Part shown: positions 57,334 to 64,000 of the stretch, piece after piece
Layout: the number at the start of each line of letters is the position of its first letter
Numbering within the stretch: the stretch's first letter is position 1
Source: an uncultured Actinomycetota bacterium
GTDB lineage: Bacteria; Actinomycetota; Actinomycetes; Propionibacteriales; Nocardioidaceae
Length of the DNA: 64,000 bases
Direction: 5' to 3'
NCBI GenBank assembly: GCA_963722135.1
Contig: CAVRJT010000001.1
Span: 127,709 to 191,708 of the forward strand
Program-made: the position numbers and the translations under genes
The notes under the pieces: model-generated
Told to the model about the DNA's origin: nothing
What the model saw: the letters and a program-made list of their open reading frames with translations, nothing else
Database searches by the model: none

Positions 57334-58302
57334 GCTGCTGATCCTCGCGTACGCCGCGCACGCGGGCCAGCCGCGCCTGCCAGTGCGCGACCCGGTCCGG
57401 GGCCGGCGTCGAGCCGTGCCAGCGCCGCGGACGAGACGGCGGGCCGGCCGACCTGCAGCTGCCCGTCGACGGGCAGCAGCGGCTGCTCGGCCACGTCGTC
57501 GGTGAGCAGCTGCACCGTCGCCAGCCCGCACGCGTACGGGCAGCTCGGGCAGGGCGGCGGCCAGGGCGACCCCGGCGGCGATCCCGACCGAGCTCTCCAG
57601 CGCCGAGGAGACCACCACCGGCAGCCCGATGTCCTCGGCGATGCGCAGGCAGGCGCGCACCCCGCCCAGGGGCTGGACCTTCAGCACCGCGATGTCGGCG
57701 GCCTCCAGGTCGCGCACCCGGTAGGGGTCGGCGGCGCGCCGGATCGACTCGTCGGCCGCGATCGGCACGTCGACGCGGCGTCGCACGAGCGCGAGGTCCT
57801 CGACCGAGGCGACAGGGCTGCTCGACGTACTCCAGCCCGCCGGCGGCCCGGTCGAGCACCGGGATCGAGGCGACGGCGGTGTCGACGTCCCACAAGCCGT
57901 TGACGTCGATGCGCACCTGGCCGCCCGGACCGTCGGCGTCGAGGGCGGCGCGCACCGCCTCGAGCCGGGCGATGTCGTCGGCCAGCGTCTGGCCGGGCTC
58001 GGCGACCTTGACCTTGGCGGTGCGGCAGCCGCCTCGGCGCACGATCGCGTGCGCGGTCCTCGGCGCCGACCGCCGGCACGGTGACGTTGACGGGCACTCG
58101 TCGGCGCAGCGGCGCCGGCCAGTCCCCGGCTGCTGCCTCCTCGGCGCAGCGCAGCCAGGGCTCGGCGACGCGCGTCGTCGTACTCCAGGAACGGCGACCA
58201 CTCGCCCCAGCCGCCCGGGCCGTGCAGCAGCAGGCCCTCGCGCACGGTGATGCCGCGGAAGCGGGTGCGCATCGGGATCGCGAAGACGCGGCTCTCGACC
58301 AT
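57326..58302 (-). CDS. menC: o-succinylbenzoate synthase (frameshifted; possible upstream ATG at 58353)
   Basis: RTRFRGITVREG, GWGEWSPF, VPVNVTVPA, TAKVKV, RIDVNG, YVEQP, IAADES, LKVQPLGG. Confidence 0.92.
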
Positions 58303-58331
58303 GTCGAACGCCTCATCCGTCACATCTCGTT

Positions 58332-58394
58332 GCCGTTTGGTCACCAACGGCATCGAAACCGCCCCGGAAAGTGCCGAATGGTCACCAACGGCAG
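58332..58394. repeat. Two direct copies of the family C REP-like unit at the menE/menC junction
   Basis: GCCGTTTGGTCACCAACGGCA (58332) and GCCGAATGGTCACCAACGGCAG (58373). Confidence 0.85.
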
Positions 58395-59463
58395 CCCCTG
58401 ACCGGAGCCACGAGCCCCCGCAGCGCCACCCGGTCGGGCTTGCCGTTGGCCAGCATCGGCAGGAGCGGCAGAGGTCGACGAGCTGGCGCGGGCGCCCACG
58501 AGCGCGGGTGCGCCGGCCCACCCAGGCGCGCAGGTCGTCGAGCGTCCGGAGGGGCGAGGCGGTCCAGACCCGAGCCGGAGGCCACGACGAACGCGACCAG
58601 CCGGCGCGCCCCACTCGTCGTCGGGCACCCCCAGCACCTCGGCGGCCTCGACGCCGGGGTGCGCGCGCAGCCGCGCGGCGACGGCGGGGGCCGGCACGTT
58701 GACGCCGCCGGTGACGACGACGTCGTCGAGGCGCCCGAGCACCTGCAGGCGGCCGTCGTCGTCGAGGCGCCCGGCGTCGGAGGTCCGGAACCACCCGTCG
58801 ACGAGCATCTCGGCGGTGAGCGCCGGGGTCGCCGTCGTAGCCCGCGAAGAGCGTCGGCCCGCTGAGCCGGATCCGACCGTCGCGCCCCGAGCGCCAGGCC
58901 GACCCCGTCGAGCGGCACCCCGTCGTAGACGCAGCCGCCGGCGGTCTCGGCCGAGCCGTACGTCGCGACCACGCGCACCCCGGCCGCTCGGCCGCCCGCT
59001 CGCGCAGCGACGGGTCGATCGGGCCGCCGCCGAGCAGCACGGTGTGCAGCGAGGCGCAGCGCCGCCGTGTCGTCGGGGTCGCCCAGCGCGCGGTGCAGCT
59101 GGGTCGGCACCAGCGAGACGAACCCGTCGACCCCGGCCGGCAGCGCGGCGACGGCGGCCGCGAGCGAGCCGTGCTCCTCGAGCAGCACCGGCTCGTGGCC
59201 GGCGACCAGCGAGCGGGCCACCACCTGCACCCCGGCGACGTACGCCGCCGGGAGCGCCAGCACCCACGCCCCGGACGCGCCCGAGGCGTCGCGCGGAGGC
59301 CTCGACCGAGGCCAGCACCGCGGCGCGCGGCAGCAGCACCCGCTTGGGCCGGCCGGTCGACCCGGACGTCTCCACGACCCACGGCTCGGGCTCCTCGGGT
59401 GAGCCCAGCCACGCCCGCAGCGCAGCCACCGCGTGACGTGCGCCACCGGGGCTCGATATCCAT
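58382..59463 (-). CDS. menE: o-succinylbenzoate-CoA ligase (short actinobacterial type; frameshifted)
   Basis: TSGSTGRPK, TYGSAETAGGCVYDG, WFRTSDAG, GRLDDVVVTGG, GKPDR. Confidence 0.9.
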
Positions 59464-59499
59464 GCGACGAACGCTAGCCCGGCGTGGTCTCATCCTCCG

Positions 59500-60788
59500 G
59501 TGCCGACCCGTCCCAGCCCTCTCCAGCAGTTCAAGCCCCCGACCCCGCTCGCGGGCAAGCTGTCGGTGCAGTCGGTGCTGTTCGCGGTCGGCGACGGCGC
59601 GTTCATCACCGCCAGCGCGGCCTTCTTCCTGGTCGTCGTCGGCCTCTCGCCGGCCCAGGTCGGCATCGGCATCACCGTCGCGGGCGTCGCCTCGTTCCTG
59701 GTGGCGGTGCCGGCCGGCAAGCTCGCCGACCGGATCGGGCCGCAGCGGCTGTGGGCGATCGGCGCGGTCGGCACCGCGGCGACGTACGCCACCTGGCCCT
59801 GGATCGACGGCTTCGTCGCGTTCCTGGTCGTCAGCGTGGTGCTCGAGGTCGTCAACTCCACCGGCGGCGCGGCGCGCGGCGCCTACGTCCTCGACGTGCT
59901 GCCGCGCGCCGAGCGGATCGGCTCGCAGGCCTACATGTACGCCGCCACCAACCTCGGGTTCACCCTCGGCGCCGGCCTGAGCTTCGTCGCCCTGGCCTTC
60001 GAGGGCGACACCCTGCTCACCGCGCTGCCGCTGCTGACCGCGGCGCTCAGCCTGGTCAACGGCTACTGGATCACCCGGCTGCCGAAGGCCCCGCACAAGG
60101 AGCGCCCCTCGCCGCTGGAGACGGCCATCACCGCCGCCGTCGACGAGACCGACGCCCCGCGCGACCGTGCCCGGCGCGCTGCGCAACCCCGGCTACCTGC
60201 TGACCTCGTTCTTCAGCGGCGTGCTGATGACCAACCAGGTGCTGCTGCACACGGTGATCCCGCTGTGGCTGCTCTCCGAGACCGACGCCCCGCGGGTGCT
60301 GCTGGCGGCGCTCTTCGCCACCAACACGCTGATGTGCATCGTGCTGCCGATGACCGTGGCCCGCACCGTGCGCGGACGTGCCGACCGCGCTGCGCGGCGC
60401 CCGGGTCAGCAGCGCGTTCTTCGTGCTGGCCTGCGTGATCACGATGGTCACCCGCGACACCCTCGGGTGGCAGACCATCGCGCTGATGTGGGCCGGCCAC
60501 ATCGTCGTCACCTTCGCCGAGCTGTTCCTCTCGGCGGCGAGCTGGGCCTTCGAGTCCGAGCTGTCCGACCCCGACCGGCGCGGCGAGTACCAGGGCGCCG
60601 GCAACCTCGGCGGCACCCTCGGCTTCGTGTGGGCCCCGGCCGCCTACACCTGGCTGGCACTGAGCTGGGGCACCGAGGGCTGGCTGGTGATCGCCGCGAT
60701 CATCCTGGTCGCCGCCGTGGCCATCCACCCCTCCGCGCGGATGGCGCAGCGCTTCCTCGAGCGCCACGAGCTCGACCCGGCCCGCTGA
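59500..60788 (+). CDS. MFS transporter (frameshifted)
   Basis: Motif [11 protein letters not shown], about 12 hydrophobic segments, RRGEYQG. Confidence 0.85.
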
Positions 60789-60817
60789 GGGCCGCGCGGC
60801 CGGTGTTGAATCGTCCG

Positions 60818-61692
60818 GTGACAGCTCCCGCTCAGTGGCTCGCCGGCGCGCGACCCCGCACCCTGCCCGCTGCGCGTCGCGCCGGTGCTCGCCGGCACCG
60901 GGGTCGCGGCGTACGTCGACACCCGGTGTGGTGGAAGGCGCTGCTGGCGCTCGTGGTCAGCCTGGCCCTGCAGGTCGGCGTCAACTACGCCAACGACTAC
61001 TCCGACGGCGTGCGCGGCACCGACGACGACCGGGTCGGTCCGATGCGCCTGGTCGGGTCCGGCGCCGCCCCGGCAGCCGCGGTCGAAGCGTGCGGCGTTC
61101 CTGTCCTTCGGGGTCGCCGCCGCAGCCGGCCTGGTGCTGGCCGCCACCACGGCCTGGTGGCTGGTGGCCGTCGGCGCGGTCAGCGTGCTGGCGGCCTGGT
61201 TCTACACCGGTGGCGACAAGCCCTACGGCTACCTGGGCCTCGGCGAGGTGATGGTCTTCGTCTTCTTCGGCCTCGTCGCGGTCGTCGGCACCACCTACGT
61301 GCAGACCCAGACCTGCGAGGCCGGCGCGCTCGCCGCCGCGGTCGGCATCGGCGCGCTGGCCTGCGCGATCCTGGTCGTCAACAACCTGCGCGACATCCCC
61401 ACCGACACCGTCGCCGGCAAGCGCACCCTCGCGGTGCTCCTCGGCGACCACCGCACCCGCACGCTGTACGTCGCGCTGGTCGCGGCCGCCGCGCTGGCCG
61501 TGGTCGCCCTGGCCGCGCTGACCACGTGGTGGGCACTGCTGGGTCTGGGTTTCCTCGTCGCGGCCGCGCCCGGCGTCCGGGTGGTCCGCGGCGGCGCGAT
61601 CGGTCCGGGGCTGGTCCCGGTGCTGCAGGTCGACCGGCCTGGCCGAGCTGGTCTGGGCGGCGCTGGTCGCCGCTCCCCTGCTGCTGCTGTGA
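60818..61692 (+). CDS. menA: 1,4-dihydroxy-2-naphthoate polyprenyltransferase (frameshifted)
   Basis: [49 protein letters not shown]...GKRTLAV. Confidence 0.93.
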
Positions 61693-61714
61693 GCCCGGGC
61701 TAGGCTGGCTCAGC

Positions 61715-61849
61715 ATGAAGTTCCTGCTGCTCATCCTCGTGATCGTCGCCGTCGTCGCCGCCTGGCGGATGCGCAGCGTGCTGCTGGGCAAGGTGCTGGG
61801 CCAGTCCTCGGGCCGGGTCGACCGGCACCTGAACCGCCGGCGCAAGTAG
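61715..61849 (+). CDS. 44-aa single-TM small protein (below the ORF-track cutoff)
   Basis: [44 protein letters not shown]; TAGGCT -10 just upstream; GC3-biased codons. Confidence 0.65.
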   Translation: MKFLLLILVIVAVVAAWRMRSVLLGKVLGQSSGRVDRHLNRRRK

Positions 61850-61864
61850 CGCCGGGACCGGGGC

Positions 61865-62125
61865 TCAGTCCGCGTCCTCGCGGGCCTTCCGCTCGTCGAA
61901 GCGCACCGAAGCGCGCCGGGCGCGGGCGTCGACGCGCTGTGCCAGCGCCTCACGGGGGCCGTTGAGCAGGTAGTAGGACCCGATACCGCTGAGCACGAAG
62001 GCGATCACGAACGTGGCCAGCAGGTTGGCCTGGTCGGCCACCAGCAGCCAGATCCCGGTCACCACCCCGAGCGAGGCGAGGAACAGCAGGATGCGCAGGG
62101 CGGTGTAGACGGCGAACTCCTTCAC
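61865..62125 (-). CDS. DUF4229-like small membrane protein
   Basis: YTALRILLF, two TM segments, C-terminal REDAD; next to menA. Confidence 0.75.
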   Translation of the reverse strand: MKEFAVYTALRILLFLASLGVVTGIWLLVADQANLLATFVIAFVLSGIGSYYLLNGPREALAQRVDARARRASVRFDERKAREDAD

Positions 62126-62169
62126 CCCTCCAGGGTAGGTCGTCACCGGGCAGCGCCTACATTGGAGGG

Positions 62170-62397
62170 GTGCTGAAGCTTCTGCTGGTGGTGGCGATCG
62201 TCGCTGTGGTCACCTACCTCGCCATCCGCTTGCTGCAGCGTCGCCTGCCCGGCGGTGCGCCCGGGCCCGCCCGCCTCCCGCTGCCGCGTCCGCGACCCAA
62301 GCCGCGGATGGTCGCGCCCGACGACGACGAGGACTTCCTGCGCGACCTCGAGCGCAAGCGCAAGCACCCCGACGAGCCGGACGAGCCGACTCCCTAG
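62170..62397 (+). CDS. Small membrane protein with an APDDDEDFLRDL tail
   Basis: N-terminal TM, Pro/Arg linker, APDDD.FL..L motif; leaderless GTG. Confidence 0.7.
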   Translation: MLKLLLVVAIVAVVTYLAIRLLQRRLPGGAPGPARLPLPRPRPKPRMVAPDDDEDFLRDLERKRKHPDEPDEPTP

Positions 62398-62412
62398 CTG
62401 TTCCCCGGCTGT

Positions 62413-64000
62413 CTAGGGGACGGCAGCCTGGAGCGGGCTCCGCTCCGCCGCGGACGGCAGGTCGAAGCGCACACAGGCTCCCCGGCCGTGCGGACCGTCG
62501 CCGATCTCGATCTCGCCGTCGTGCTTCTCCACGATCGTGCGGCACAGCCACAGGCCCAGCCCGGTGCCGGGGAACGCCTCGCCCGCGCCCCGTTCGAAGC
62601 GGTCGAAGACCCGGCTGCGCAGGTCGGGAGGGATGCCGATCCCGTTGTCGACGACGTCGACCTGGACCCGGTCCCCGAGCGTCGTGCCCGACACCCGCAC
62701 CCGGGGATGCACCCCGGGTTCCACGAACTTGACCGCATTGCCCACCAGGTTGTCCACCAGCTGACGTAGCAGCACCGCGTCGCCCACCACCAGCGGCAGC
62801 GGTCCGCACCCGACGCTGTTCTCGACCCCGCGGGCCACCGCGACGTCGCGCACCAGGACCGACAGGTCCACCGTCTCGGGTCGCGCGTCCCGTTCCTTGC
62901 TCAGGGCGTGCTGCAGCATCGTGTCGATCATCGTGTTGAGCTGGCTCACCCCGGCGCCGAGACGGTCCAACGCCATGTCGAGCTGGGCCTCGTCGCCGAA
63001 GTCGCCGCGAGCCATCCGTTGCGCGAGCTCCGACCAGTTGCCGACCGCGGCCAGCGGGCCCCGCAGGTCGTGGGCCAGCGTGCCGGCGAACGACTCGAGC
63101 TCCTCCACACGGGCGCTCTCACCAGTGACGTCGCGCAGCACCACCACGACCTGGAGGTCGGGCGCCCCCACCGGCCCGCTGAGCGGCTCCACGTCCACCG
63201 AGAGCCGTCGCCGGCGACCGTCCGCGCCCACGGTGACCACCTGCTCGTTGCGCACGCTCTCACCCCGCAGGCCGCGCCCCACTGGCGTCTCGCCCCGCGT
63301 GAGCAAGGACCCGTCGAGCCCGAGGGCCGGGACGTCGTCGATGTGCGGCGGCGTCGCTCCGTCCGGCCAGGCGAGCATCCGTTGGGCGGCCGTGTTGGCG
63401 GTGACCACCTCCCCCGCTGCCGAGACCACCACCAGCCCCTCCCGCACGGAGCCGACGGCCGCCTGCAGCAGCCCGGCCTGTCGGGCTGCGTGCTCCTGCT
63501 CGTGCCGCAGCTGGTCGGTGGCGCGCTCACGCTCGCTGCGCAGCGCCACCAGCAGCAGCGCCTTGACCACGAGGGCGGCCACGAACAGCTGGAGGACGGC
63601 GGCCGCCTCCTGCGGTGTGCCGACCCCCGCGAAGGGACCCCGGCCCAGGAGCGTCAGTGTCGCGACGGCCGTGCCGGCCGTCACCGAGTGCAGGACGGCC
63701 ACCGGGGCGCTGCACCGCAGTCCCGCCCACAGGGTCAGCATCATCGGCAGGAAGGTCAGCGGCAGCGCCTGCGCGGCGAACACGATCCCGTAGACCACGA
63801 GGCTGGCCAGGACGAGGTACACGTGCTCGCGCGGCGATGCGGGCTCGACGAACGGCTCGGCACCGGAGCGGCTGCGCAGGAAGAGGTAGGCGAGCGAGAG
63901 CACAGCGACGATGGAGGAGACGTTGCGACCCCACCAGACCAGCATCGTCACCACGTCGAGGCCGGCCCCGGCCAGGCCCAGGCCGACGTAACCCGCGACC
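62413..64000 (-). CDS. MASE1-PAS-HisKA-HATPase sensor histidine kinase, 5' partial
   Basis: TM region with GPF motif, H-box FAGTLAHDLRGPL, N-box NLVGNAVKF, DNGIG, GTGLGL. Confidence 0.92.
   Translation of the reverse strand, partial: VAGYVGLGLAGAGLDVVTMLVWWGRNVSSIVAVLSLAYLFLRSRSGAEPFVEPASPREHVYLVLASLVVYGIVFAAQALPLTFLPMMLTLWAGLRCSAPVAVLHSVTAGTAVATLTLLGRGPFAGVGTPQEAAAVLQLFVAALVVKALLLVALRSERERATDQLRHEQEHAARQAGLLQAAVGSVREGLVVVSAAGEVVTANTAAQRMLAWPDGATPPHIDDVPALGLDGSLLTRGETPVGRGLRGESVRNEQVVTVGADGRRRRLSVDVEPLSGPVGAPDLQVVVVLRDVTGESARVEELESFAGTLAHDLRGPLAAVGNWSELAQRMARGDFGDEAQLDMALDRLGAGVSQLNTMIDTMLQHALSKERDARPETVDLSVLVRDVAVARGVENSVGCGPLPLVVGDAVLLRQLVDNLVGNAVKFVEPGVHPRVRVSGTTLGDRVQVDVVDNGIGIPPDLRSRVFDRFERGAGEAFPGTGLGLWLCRTIVEKHDGEIEIGDGPHGRGACVRFDLPSAAERSPLQAAVP

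Noticed and set aside
60144-60294. Exact 18-bp direct repeat CGAGACCGACGCCCCGCG (ETDAPR) twice in the MFS gene
   Set aside because: The intervening 115 bp encodes a normal TM helix. It is plausibly chance in very high-GC coding DNA.

Overview
High-GC actinobacterial chromosome segment. Gene content and order look like Nocardioidaceae (inference). It is mostly core genome: rplA-rplK-nusG-secE-tRNA-Trp, murB with two MaoC-like dehydratases, rpmG with tRNA-Met/Thr, a homogentisate (hmgA/fahA) module, tRNA-Tyr-yajQ, korAB, polyprenyl synthase, the complete nuoA-N operon and a menaquinone cluster (menG, menF, menD, menC, menE, menA). Accessory genes interrupt the men cluster: an L,D-transpeptidase, an aryl-sulfotransferase, an MBL hydrolase, a GNAT-P450-NmrA operon, a CPA1 antiporter with a Zn finger, and an MFS transporter. 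Many genes, including essential ones, carry 1-nt indels clustered in blocks, most likely long-read consensus errors, so some coordinates are approximate. I saw no integrase, transposase, prophage, CRISPR array or rRNA. The most notable signals are: (1) three families of 20-22 bp palindromic or tandem repeats, one of them inserted inside menD and also overlapping the menE stop and possible menC start; (2) an uncharacterised enzyme coupled to fahA where a maleylacetoacetate isomerase is missing; (3) a P450 and a sulfotransferase inside the men cluster; (4) a NuoG that has lost the N7 Fe-S ligands; (5) twin L1-like RNA operators; (6) mirror-image leaderless promoters. No new system is proven from sequence alone.
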